From the IMG/VR virus record IMGVR_UViG_3300048011_000299, positions 1 to 54,049 of that record: DNA of 54,049 nucleotides, one strand, 5' to 3'. This DNA is from a virus. Taxonomy: Duplodnaviria > Caudoviricetes. The notes below the pieces were generated by a model that was not told the DNA's origin, searched no databases, and was given only the letters and a program-made list of their open reading frames with translations. Shown here piece after piece: positions 9,353-18,304 of the stretch; position 1 is the stretch's first letter, and every line of letters begins with the position of its first letter. Position numbers and translations under genes: made by a program.

Positions 9353-11620
9353 TTAAGCGGTGGGTAAATATTTAGACAGCCATGCCGATCCCGCCTCAGA
9401 GCCAAAGTACGCCCCGCCAACTGACCCTAGTATTTTCATCATTCCGTCAAAAAAGCCGCCGCCAGACTGTTGACTTCCCTGAGCTTGTATCTGCGCTATA
9501 AGCAGCCGAAGCTCTTTTTCGGATTCGTTGTCTGTAGTCTTCCAAATGTAATCAAGTAAGTTATCTGCACTATCCCAGAGATTATTTTGAGCCTCTGTGG
9601 TTAAGTCCAGACCTGCTTTAACGTCTGCCGTATGTGCGTCTACCATGTTTTTGTTGCCGTCGGTCTCTACGGTCTGCCGCCATTTTGCATTAGCTAAATC
9701 CAACATATACTGAAATTCTGCTAAAAACTGTTGCCGGTCATTCTTCATGTCGGCGTTAAACTGTGCAGCATCGTTTATTTCACCGGCATTGAATTTCTTG
9801 AATGCATTTACTTCAGAAGTGTTATGCCGCTGAATAGTGACTACCATTTCAGTGTAGAATTTATTCATGTCGTTAGTAGCTTCTGCATTGAACCTTCTAG
9901 CAGTGTTTTCTTCTTTAGTGTTCGCCAGCATAGCTTGAACAAGAGCTTGCTTATTAACCATTTCAGCTTGTTGTTCATTAGTAAGATTTTTTAAGTCCAT
10001 TTCTAAAAAGGCTTTGGCATTCTGTACCGCAGCCTCTGAACGCGCATCTAGATTAGCCACCTCCAGATTGGAAAGGATATTAGCTTTATTTATTATAGCC
10101 TCTTGCTTATTGCTCAAGTTTTCGACGGTAAGCGTTTGAAAAAATGTAGCTTCTTTTTCAGCTACTCCCAAAGTAGCTTCCATAATTGCATTAGACATAG
10201 CCGCTGTAGCAGCGGTTCCAGAGATACCGCTGAATGAGATAGTTTTCATTACCTCTCTGTGCTGTGCTTGCGCCCACGGCGGTATAATAGGGTTGCCATT
10301 TGAGTCTTTGAACTCAGCAGCAATTGTCTTCATCTGCCATAAAATAGATGTTTTAGCGTCTACAAACTCCTTACCCTCTTTGCGAAGTTTATCAGCTAAA
10401 AGTTTACCGGCGGTAGTTGTTGTATCTATGACTTTAGAGAGGTCCACACTAGCCCAGTCATTTACAGCAATACCAAGTTCATTCTTTGTGCCGTCAGCAT
10501 TTACGCCCGTAGCAGCGCCGGTCATATCAATGGTATACTCTTCAGCGTCTACAAGAGCATCGTCGCTTACTGTACCAGTAGCTGCGGTCATCATCTCGTT
10601 ATCAGTGAGAGTAGTGGTAGAAGCATCGTAGGTACTTGCCCCCGGATTGTCAGCTAGGCTGGTATCTACTGTAGACGCATCTCCGGTTCCGGTTGCCGTA
10701 AATCCTTCATTTTCTCCAATATCGTAATTGGGATTATTAGGGTCTAAGTTAGTTCCTTCCGCATCTGCATTTATAGAAGGCATAATGTCGGCAAGAACTA
10801 ATCCCTTGTCTTTTAAAAACTTGTTAGGGTCGGCTAAAATAGCCTTCATATCGTCTTGATTGGATATAACTCCAGCCGCAACAGCCATGTCTTTAATAGT
10901 TTCTGCAGTAAGACGGTCCTCAGATATTACCCCATCTTCGTTTGCATTGTCTTCTGCGTACTGAGCAATTTGTGAAGCACTATCGCTATCGCCGCTGGAT
11001 TGAGCTTTCTGTTGATTAAACTGATATCCAGTCATTGTACCGTTGGCGTCCAACTCGCCGTTAGCATTTACTTTCATGGCTAGTTTATCAGTAACCGTTT
11101 TACCGTCTTCTGATACTACAACCTCATAAGGCATTCCTAGAAAGTTATAGGAGTATTGCATACCGCCTTCACTGACGTATACTTGGCGTCCATCAACAAC
11201 CCCTGCAGATGTATTAGGACGGTTCTTATCCGCTTCAGCATCTAAGCCGTTAAACCAACTAGCTATTCCACCAAATACTTTAGGTAGGGCCGACATAGGG
11301 TTTAGAACAAAAGCCGCAGCGTCCTTAACGCCTAAAGTATTTTTCTCACCTTGTATTTTATTTATGGGGTCTTGGTTGGGGTTGCTGTCTACATAGTTGG
11401 AGGTATTTCCTGAGCTATTATCGTCACCGTAGCCGTCATTTGCATGGCTATTACCGGTTAATGTATTAGAGATTGATGCAATACCCGTTACGTCATTATT
11501 GGGATTATTATCATTATCATAGGAGATAACTTTGCCATCGCTATCCAAATTAGATGCTCCGGGTCCACCGCCATCAAACATATCGCTAATGCTATCGTAG
11601 TTGCCAAAAATGCCAGCCAT
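9353..11620 (-). CDS. Putative internal virion / ejection protein (755 aa)
   Basis: Asn/Asp-rich N-terminus, Q/A/N-rich coiled coils, Gly-rich hydrophobic C-terminus. Confidence 0.5.
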   Translation of the reverse strand: MAGIFGNYDSISDMFDGGGPGASNLDSDGKVISYDNDNNPNNDVTGIASISNTLTGNSHANDGYGDDNSSGNTSNYVDSNPNQDPINKIQGEKNTLGVKDAAAFVLNPMSALPKVFGGIASWFNGLDAEADKNRPNTSAGVVDGRQVYVSEGGMQYSYNFLGMPYEVVVSEDGKTVTDKLAMKVNANGELDANGTMTGYQFNQQKAQSSGDSDSASQIAQYAEDNANEDGVISEDRLTAETIKDMAVAAGVISNQDDMKAILADPNKFLKDKGLVLADIMPSINADAEGTNLDPNNPNYDIGENEGFTATGTGDASTVDTSLADNPGASTYDASTTTLTDNEMMTAATGTVSDDALVDAEEYTIDMTGAATGVNADGTKNELGIAVNDWASVDLSKVIDTTTTAGKLLADKLRKEGKEFVDAKTSILWQMKTIAAEFKDSNGNPIIPPWAQAQHREVMKTISFSGISGTAATAAMSNAIMEATLGVAEKEATFFQTLTVENLSNKQEAIINKANILSNLEVANLDARSEAAVQNAKAFLEMDLKNLTNEQQAEMVNKQALVQAMLANTKEENTARRFNAEATNDMNKFYTEMVVTIQRHNTSEVNAFKKFNAGEINDAAQFNADMKNDRQQFLAEFQYMLDLANAKWRQTVETDGNKNMVDAHTADVKAGLDLTTEAQNNLWDSADNLLDYIWKTTDNESEKELRLLIAQIQAQGSQQSGGGFFDGMMKILGSVGGAYFGSEAGSAWLSKYLPTA

Positions 11621-11868
11621 CAGATATTACCCTTTTCTTTTTCACATGCACGAATGCGGTCACGAAGCTTTGCGTAGTCAGCTATAGCCGTTTGAATACT
11701 GCCGTCAGTGCCTTCTTCTAAGGCGTCTAATTCATCGGCTAATTCGTTGTTAAATTCAGGGGTGTAGGTCTGGATAGGTGGACAGTAGACTTCCAGCTTT
11801 GTTCTATAGACCGTTTCCGCGCAGCCGCTCAGTGAGACTGCGGCTATCAGTAATACTATCTGCTTCAT
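11620..11868 (-). CDS. o-spanin (Rz1-like outer-membrane lipoprotein)
   Basis: MKQIVLLIAAVSLSG|C lipobox; overlaps the 3' end of the i-spanin gene. Confidence 0.75.
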   Translation of the reverse strand: MKQIVLLIAAVSLSGCAETVYRTKLEVYCPPIQTYTPEFNNELADELDALEEGTDGSIQTAIADYAKLRDRIRACEKEKGNI

Positions 11869-12043
11869 GCTCTGCCATTGCTTTATAAAAATCAGTCGCC
11901 TTTTCCTGCGCCTGTAGATCGTCCTTGAGGACTTTATTCTTTTCGTTAGCTGCCCCACGTACTCGACCCATCACGTAAATAATGGGAAGAGCCAGTGCGA
12001 GAGCGCCTATAATGTATGTCTTAATCTTGCCGAAGATGAACAC
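11804..12043 (-). CDS. i-spanin (Rz-like)
   Basis: N-terminal transmembrane segment plus helical tail, directly after the endolysin. Confidence 0.7.
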   Translation of the reverse strand: MFIFGKIKTYIIGALALALPIIYVMGRVRGAANEKNKVLKDDLQAQEKATDFYKAMAEHEADSITDSRSLTERLRGNGL

Positions 12044-12774
12044 TAATGAACGCCTTCTTTATTATCCTTCCAGCGAGCGTATGCAGCTAAGGCAATGCCT
12101 CCAATTGCACACAGTAGGAAGATGGTTTTAAGGCTATCGGCATAAGCTACCAGCCCCTGTAATTGACCTGCAACTTCATTTAAGCCAGTGGCTGCACCCG
12201 CTATACCTGCGCCTACCATAGTCTTAGACTTAGTAAGCTTCTTAGGAGCCTCTGCGGTAGGCTTCTGTGCCATAGCAGGGCCACCCTCATCAGACGGCAA
12301 TTGAGCGTCACGGCTAAAGATAGCTGCTTCCGCTGCACGGCGGCGGGTAAGTCCACGTAGAGGTGTTAGCTTTCCGTCTACCCGCGCCTTGTTCCAACGG
12401 TTAAGCTGCTCTGGTACATCGTCGTATAGACCTGAGTTCAGGCGTTTAAGGGCTGTCGATGATTTAAAGTTACCTCCACCGACATTAAATACAAACGATA
12501 CTAGGGCGTCATACTGACCTTGGCTCAGAGGCACGTTTACTAGACGTTTAACTATCTTGCCGTGTTCGTCTAAGTCATCCTTTAGACGTTGCTCTGCCTC
12601 TGCTATCGTGCAGGTCATTCCAGAGCGAATACCCTTAGTTGCCCCGTAACCCTGAGTCCACTTACCTGCAGGGCAGCGATAGGCGTGTACTAAGCCATCG
12701 TCTTTTACTTTATGAAGACCTTCAAATTTTTTTACTAAGTCTACACAGTCTTGTGATACATTAGTTGGGTGCAT
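12043..12774 (-). CDS. Endolysin, GH24 phage lysozyme with hydrophobic C-terminal extension
   Basis: KKFEG..AYRCPAGKWTQGYG, QYDALVSFVFNVG, RWNKA..LRGLTRRRAAE. Confidence 0.9.
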   Translation of the reverse strand: MHPTNVSQDCVDLVKKFEGLHKVKDDGLVHAYRCPAGKWTQGYGATKGIRSGMTCTIAEAEQRLKDDLDEHGKIVKRLVNVPLSQGQYDALVSFVFNVGGGNFKSSTALKRLNSGLYDDVPEQLNRWNKARVDGKLTPLRGLTRRRAAEAAIFSRDAQLPSDEGGPAMAQKPTAEAPKKLTKSKTMVGAGIAGAATGLNEVAGQLQGLVAYADSLKTIFLLCAIGGIALAAYARWKDNKEGVH

Positions 12775-12824
12775 CTATGCTACTTTCTTTGTTGATATGT
12801 CTGCTCCCCGCCACATATTTATAA

Positions 12825-14300
12825 TCATTGAGTTCTTCCGTAAGGGCTAACAAAGCCGCCGTTGCCCGTACCTAAATCTTGAAGCGGCTGCGATAAGTTG
12901 CCCATACTGGCACTAGCACCCGGAAGCATATTTAACTGGCCTATCTGCTCCATAACAGTATTCATGTTAATACTCATTTGACCCATAGAACTGCCGGTTG
13001 CGTCAAACTTTTGTAAGATCATGTTACCTTGATTATCCATTGCGCGAACAATAGTATTGCCTTGGTCATCAATGCTATTCTGAATAAGATTACCTTGGTC
13101 ATCAAATGCGTTAGACAACTGACCAAACTGTTGGCGCATAGTGTCAGGAAGACCGCTAAGTTGGGAGAGCGATTTTAGCTGACCTGTGACGGCCTCGCTT
13201 TGCTGTCTTGCTAAATTTTCTTGATCTGTACCGAAATTTTGCAGTTGATTAAGAATTTGGGAAGCACTGCTTTGATCCTGATTGAACCCGTCACCTAAAG
13301 TTGATGCAATTTCATTTTGGCCCTTTTCAAGAGTAGCAAAGCCACCCTCTAAGTTATTGAAGCCACCCTCAAGGATACTGGATACACTACCTGCACTATT
13401 AGCCGCCGCAGCTTCAGCAGCCGACTTAGTATCTTGTGCGCCTTGATTGACTGCACCAGTAAGACCGGAAAGACTGCCTGTTACATCCCCAGCAAAATTT
13501 GTAAGGCCTGACTGAATGCCGCCAAGAGTATCATTTTGTGTGGAAGTATCATCTGTATAGCGCGTAACATAGTCATCAAATGTAGTTGAATACTGCTCTT
13601 GATTGCCTAGCATAGTGTCTTGATTTCCAGACAAGGTATCAAAGTAGGTATTACGGTCTGTAGTTTGTGTGGCAAGGTCATCCAGAATACTACTTTGGCC
13701 CTTCAGAGCTTCTGTCTGTAAGGTTGCAATATCGCCCTGCGTATCCGTAAACCCTGTATCAAGTGCTTTTCCCGCATCAGTAAAATTTGTATCCGTGGTA
13801 TCAAAGCGGCGACCCATTTCAGTACCCATGTCGGAGATACCAGTATTTGCATCATCGACGCCTGTCTGTACATTACCGACAGACGTATCTAACGTATCAA
13901 AACGTGTGGTTTGATCTGCAAAGCCTTGAGTTACATCGCCACCTACACCCGTAAGTTGTTGCCCCAGATCATCGGCACGACCTTGGTTCTCAATATTAAG
14001 ACGACTAAAGCCCGTCATCTGGTTTTGGGCAAGCTGTGCTTGGCTGGATGCGTTTTTTTTGTCAAACGCATTAATCAGAGACTGCAAGTCGGAAAAACCC
14101 GTGGTAACCTTTCCATCAACCCCTGCTATGTTTGTATTTATACCGCCTTGACCCGTATTAAGGGTTCCAATACCCGACATAATACCGGATAGGTCTACCG
14201 GAGCCGGTTTATTAGCGGCTGCGGCACTATTTATTGCCCCAGTCAATTCGTCCATCTGTGTGTCAGAAAGCTGATTTGTAGTCTTTTTATTAAAACTCAT
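12825..14300 (-). CDS. Putative virion protein, low-complexity coiled coil (491 aa)
   Basis: G/T/D/Q-rich repeats; lies in the structural operon. Confidence 0.5.
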   Translation of the reverse strand: MSFNKKTTNQLSDTQMDELTGAINSAAAANKPAPVDLSGIMSGIGTLNTGQGGINTNIAGVDGKVTTGFSDLQSLINAFDKKNASSQAQLAQNQMTGFSRLNIENQGRADDLGQQLTGVGGDVTQGFADQTTRFDTLDTSVGNVQTGVDDANTGISDMGTEMGRRFDTTDTNFTDAGKALDTGFTDTQGDIATLQTEALKGQSSILDDLATQTTDRNTYFDTLSGNQDTMLGNQEQYSTTFDDYVTRYTDDTSTQNDTLGGIQSGLTNFAGDVTGSLSGLTGAVNQGAQDTKSAAEAAAANSAGSVSSILEGGFNNLEGGFATLEKGQNEIASTLGDGFNQDQSSASQILNQLQNFGTDQENLARQQSEAVTGQLKSLSQLSGLPDTMRQQFGQLSNAFDDQGNLIQNSIDDQGNTIVRAMDNQGNMILQKFDATGSSMGQMSINMNTVMEQIGQLNMLPGASASMGNLSQPLQDLGTGNGGFVSPYGRTQ

Positions 14301-14304
14301 AATA

Positions 14305-14760
14305 TTATCCTTTTACGGCTAGAAAACCTACATCCCTGTAGCCCATACGTTGTAGAAATTTCTTATATCCTGTTCCGTAGGCTTCAGTAGACGCTCCAAT
14401 TGATATTTCTTCTGCGCCGTTTTTTCGGCCCCACTGCTCAAACGCTAGTATAAATTGCTTCAATACTTTTGGTGCGCTTCTTCTATATTGGGGAAGAATA
14501 CATACCGCCCATTCCCCTGCATATTTCATGTCACTGAAGTAGTGGTAATCAACATATCCATGAAAATATCCAATTATCTGATCATCTTGAACAGCAACCC
14601 AAACAAATACTGGACTGTCTGTTACGAGACTTGTTGCTAGTAATTCTAGCACTTTGTCTTCCTTAAATGTGAAGACTTTATATCGGGAGTTTTGGTGCAG
14701 CCATTTGGCTACAACCATAACTTTCCCTAGATCAGTTTTTTTTAAAGGTCTAACTAGCAT
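14305..14760 (-). CDS. GNAT-family acetyltransferase-like protein
   Basis: MLVRP..DL start, IIGYF, ILPQYRRS, FEQWGRKNGA, FLQRMGY pattern. Confidence 0.7.
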   Translation of the reverse strand: MLVRPLKKTDLGKVMVVAKWLHQNSRYKVFTFKEDKVLELLATSLVTDSPVFVWVAVQDDQIIGYFHGYVDYHYFSDMKYAGEWAVCILPQYRRSAPKVLKQFILAFEQWGRKNGAEEISIGASTEAYGTGYKKFLQRMGYRDVGFLAVKG

Positions 14761-14789
14761 ATAGGGTTAAGTAATTAGTTATATATGCT

Positions 14790-14818
14790 AGTATAGCACT
14801 TAGTTAGTGTAATGGCAA
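14790..14818 (-). promoter_or_regulatory. Sigma70-type promoter
   Basis: Minus strand TTGCCA-17 nt-TATACT upstream of 14760. Confidence 0.65.
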
Positions 14819-14822
14819 GAGC

Positions 14823-15122
14823 TTATTCTGGCTGCGTAGGCCAAGTGATTTCTTCACTGTTAGGCCATTTTTCATCAGCCGAGGGCAAATTACGAAGCGA
14901 AGCTCTATAAGTTGCCCATGCTGCCTTTTGGTCTGAAGTTAAAGGGCTATCAGCCGCTTGCGTCCAATCACACTCAGCAAGGCTAGCATCGCGTAGCATT
15001 CTAGATGCTTTGGCTTGGTCTTCTGCTAAACCATCCGCTATTTGCTTTTGAATAGCTTCTTCCGCTGCTTTTTCTTCCGCCGTCATTTCGCGGAAAACAC
15101 CGCCTTTATATATTGACCCCAT
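14823..15122 (-). CDS. Tail fibre assembly chaperone
   Basis: RMLRDASLAECDWTQ..DSPL..W..YRASLRNLP..WP motif. Confidence 0.8.
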   Translation of the reverse strand: MGSIYKGGVFREMTAEEKAAEEAIQKQIADGLAEDQAKASRMLRDASLAECDWTQAADSPLTSDQKAAWATYRASLRNLPSADEKWPNSEEITWPTQPE

Positions 15123-15125
15123 GAT

Positions 15126-16022
15126 TTAACCCTCTTCCATTTGAACTTCGACAACGAGCCTGCCGTGGTTGAAATTTCCTGATGTAGCATAAAAACGGAA
15201 GCCGCCTTCCATTGCATTGGGTGCTGGATTGCTACCGTAATTATTCCATCCCCCATGTTCGACATTGGGATAGCTATGAGAACTGTGCTGCCACATTACA
15301 TTGTGGTGAGCGCCACCGCCTTTTTCTGATTCATGGGAAGAACCTTCGCGCCAAGGAATAAACATAATTTGGCCCGTAATACCTTGTCCATAGCTGCTAT
15401 TTGTCTCCGCTATTGGGTTGCCGTAGAGTGGAAATCTCATCCAACCGTTGGCTGAATTGTCAAGGGTTCCACTCATATTATTTTGATTATATCTGCCGGT
15501 ATAAGTGCCGCCTAAATAGCTATTGGAAAGAAGGGAGTTACTACTACTAAGCCCGTAGATGTAAATGTAGAAGCTGGAAGTACTACTAACTTCATACATA
15601 GACAAACGAACACCAGCAATTTTTTCATAGGTGATGTCCGAGTTTATGCTTGCCCAAGTAATGTCGTAAGTACCTGTTGCCGAAAGAGTTTTGAAGTCGT
15701 ATGTTTTTGAGTACGTTGAGCTATTTGGCGTGGGCGCTGAAACGTATTCAAGAGCGGTTGCTCCAGTGTTGACCGCAAGTTGCTGACCAGCCAAACCTAT
15801 CGTCGCTGGTAGGGCATTAGGGTTGAACTGTAGCTGCCCAGAGCCGTCAGTGGTTATGGGCTTGTTCGCAGTTCCATCGGCTGCCGGTAGCTGAAGTGGA
15901 GAGTACGCAAGCGTACCACTTCCGTTTGTGACAAGAGGTGCGTTAGCGCCTCCGTCTGTCGAGGGCAAGGTAAATGTCGTACCCCCATTTTTGGCTATTT
16001 GATCTACTATGATCTTACTCAT
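15126..16022 (-). CDS. Tail fibre-associated protein (298 aa)
   Basis: MSKIIVDQI start; repeated LP..DG.A...L.T.GSG.L units; precedes the chaperone. Confidence 0.6.
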   Translation of the reverse strand: MSKIIVDQIAKNGGTTFTLPSTDGGANAPLVTNGSGTLAYSPLQLPAADGTANKPITTDGSGQLQFNPNALPATIGLAGQQLAVNTGATALEYVSAPTPNSSTYSKTYDFKTLSATGTYDITWASINSDITYEKIAGVRLSMYEVSSTSSFYIYIYGLSSSNSLLSNSYLGGTYTGRYNQNNMSGTLDNSANGWMRFPLYGNPIAETNSSYGQGITGQIMFIPWREGSSHESEKGGGAHHNVMWQHSSHSYPNVEHGGWNNYGSNPAPNAMEGGFRFYATSGNFNHGRLVVEVQMEEG

Positions 16023-16049
16023 CTATTTATCCTTTCAATGAGTGGGGGT

Positions 16050-16709
16050 TTAAGTGGATTTACGGCGTTTCGTACCGTAGATGGTGTAAAAACTATCTGC
16101 GCCATCGGCCTCACTAAACGTGCCTGATGGAGTGCGAAGATAAAATCCGTTGCAGGTATCGCTAGTCAACTTTGTGAACCATCTACAGCGGCTGGTGCTA
16201 TTTTCTTGGTAGCCACCCTCCATACCATGATAATTAAAGAAATCTCCTGTTACGCCTCTTTTTGTGCTGTCATCCGAATTTGGATCAGGAACATAGAAGT
16301 TAAACTCTAAAATTTTGTAACTGCCAGAGTTATCTGCTTCTTGAAACGTATTGTTCTGACCTGTCGTGTACATCTCACCACTGGTATTGTTGGAAAAGGC
16401 AGTGGTTCCCCTAAAGCCTATCTGTGACCAAGATTGGGTCGTTACTCTGCTAGAGCCATTCATGCAGCCAAAGAAAAGATAACTTACTTGCTGTGACGTA
16501 TGAAGGCGCTGGCAGCGAACTTGGAAGCTCTCATACTTTTCTGTGTCTAGGTTGGTAAACTCTATTACGTCCGTGCCATTGCTATCCACTTTGATTTCTT
16601 GCAGCTTTCGTCTGGTGAAAAAAGCATTCTCAATATCATCAAGCGTTAGCCCTGCTGTTGTTGACGATGCGCCGCCGCTAGACGTATTTGTTCTTAAAGT
16701 CCTTCCCAT
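16050..16709 (-). CDS. Putative tail/virion protein (219 aa)
   Basis: Start re-called at MGRTL (GGAGG RBS); lies in the tail cluster. Confidence 0.5.
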   Translation of the reverse strand: MGRTLRTNTSSGGASSTTAGLTLDDIENAFFTRRKLQEIKVDSNGTDVIEFTNLDTEKYESFQVRCQRLHTSQQVSYLFFGCMNGSSRVTTQSWSQIGFRGTTAFSNNTSGEMYTTGQNNTFQEADNSGSYKILEFNFYVPDPNSDDSTKRGVTGDFFNYHGMEGGYQENSTSRCRWFTKLTSDTCNGFYLRTPSGTFSEADGADSFYTIYGTKRRKST

Positions 16710-16710
16710 A

Positions 16711-18294
16711 CTAGACCTCCACGAACGTAACGGTTGTGAAGACACTTGTGCTATTGTCTTGGTTTTCTAAATACAAATTGTCACCACTATTTAAGACGAT
16801 ACCATTTCGCTCAAATGTGCCGACACCTACGCCGTTTTCAAGAAGACCTGACTTTGGGATAGCGCTAAAACCTGTACGAGTTTGACTTAGCTTAGTGTTG
16901 TTGGGTAGACCCGAAACCATAAATTTTTGTTCTGGGACGGTTTTACTATTATCCATAGCAACCAGAACAGCATTTGATACGCCAGTATGCTCTGCCGCTG
17001 TCTTCCAGTTAATTAAGTCTGTAGAGTAAAGGGCGTCACCTTTAGTGTTGCTGGTAAAACAAACCCAAAGAGATGCGCCAATCCTCTGAGGCTGGGTGGT
17101 CTTTTGTGTAAGAGCGTGTGTGGCGGTTTCCTTCGTGCAGACAGAATCAAATTCTCTTCTGGAAGTCGAATTAAAAACGTCTTCATGGGCAAATGACCAG
17201 ATTCCTTGTTTTGCGGTGTCAGCACCTTGAATATTAAGGTAATACCTGTCGTTAGTAGGATTGTATTTAATCCAACTGGCAGAGTTACCAGTTCCATGAG
17301 ACAATTGCAATCTAGCGTGATAATTTTGACCTGAATAAACCAATTGCGCAAGGCCCTCAGAAGTAGCGGTGTCCTTAGCATTCAGGATAGTTGACGCACC
17401 CGCTGTGTAAGTATTGTTGTTTCTCCATCGCCGCGCAGATATAAGCCCCAACTGTTCTTGGGTTTGTTTGCTGTTTGCTGAACTTATAAAGTTATGAAGG
17501 CCGAACACAAATACCCCACCGTCAGATTGAAAGTCGAGCGTCACGCCATCATTTGCGGCGTAGTTATCCCAATCGCCGCTGCTTGTATGACCGTATTGGT
17601 AAGTAAAGCTATCAGATGTTGTGTTGCCATAACCGCGATTTGTTGTGGAGCCGTTGAAGCTGTGAAAGTAACCTCCCGACATATAACCGGTGTCATGGAC
17701 GCTCATAAATACATCCGTCCAAGGGTCGCATATCGCTGCTCTATTGTAGTAACTAACACTGCGAGTCTCAATCGAAGTTGTTCCGCTCGCAGCGTATGTG
17801 CCTTGTAACCAAGTTGCAAAAAAAGATTTATCTGCCACTAAGTCAGTGTGAAAACGAAAATCGTTGCTACCGGGAAGAAAGCCACCATACGCAGTCTCTT
17901 TGTTGTAAGCCGCTGGGTTCTCAAAGAAGTATGGTTCAAATATCTGATACCGAAAACCGCCGGTACCAGAGTTCTTGGCGACCAGATTGCCGTTAAATGT
18001 CATGGCTTGCTTATCTGAGCCAGTACCAACGCTTATTATTGTTGATCCTTTAGGATCACCCAATAAGTCAAAGTCACCTGTATTATAAGTAATGTTTTGA
18101 GCAAGTGTGTCGGAGGTTTGTATAAAGTTGAGTGGATAATCTCCCTCGCTATCAACAACAATTGAACACTTTGGGTTCTTTGTGTTGTCTGCACTAATTG
18201 CATTGATAGCCACAACCACAGGTAAACCTGTGTTGTTTGTAAAAATCTTTTCGGCCTTTCCCGCCGCAACAGTATTGCTTGATCTACCTGCCAT
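16711..18294 (-). CDS. Putative tail / receptor-binding protein (527 aa)
   Basis: Rich in T, S, G and aromatic residues; AGGAGA RBS; tail cluster. Confidence 0.5.
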   Translation of the reverse strand: MAGRSSNTVAAGKAEKIFTNNTGLPVVVAINAISADNTKNPKCSIVVDSEGDYPLNFIQTSDTLAQNITYNTGDFDLLGDPKGSTIISVGTGSDKQAMTFNGNLVAKNSGTGGFRYQIFEPYFFENPAAYNKETAYGGFLPGSNDFRFHTDLVADKSFFATWLQGTYAASGTTSIETRSVSYYNRAAICDPWTDVFMSVHDTGYMSGGYFHSFNGSTTNRGYGNTTSDSFTYQYGHTSSGDWDNYAANDGVTLDFQSDGGVFVFGLHNFISSANSKQTQEQLGLISARRWRNNNTYTAGASTILNAKDTATSEGLAQLVYSGQNYHARLQLSHGTGNSASWIKYNPTNDRYYLNIQGADTAKQGIWSFAHEDVFNSTSRREFDSVCTKETATHALTQKTTQPQRIGASLWVCFTSNTKGDALYSTDLINWKTAAEHTGVSNAVLVAMDNSKTVPEQKFMVSGLPNNTKLSQTRTGFSAIPKSGLLENGVGVGTFERNGIVLNSGDNLYLENQDNSTSVFTTVTFVEV

Positions 18295-18304
18295 TTAATT
18301 TCTC

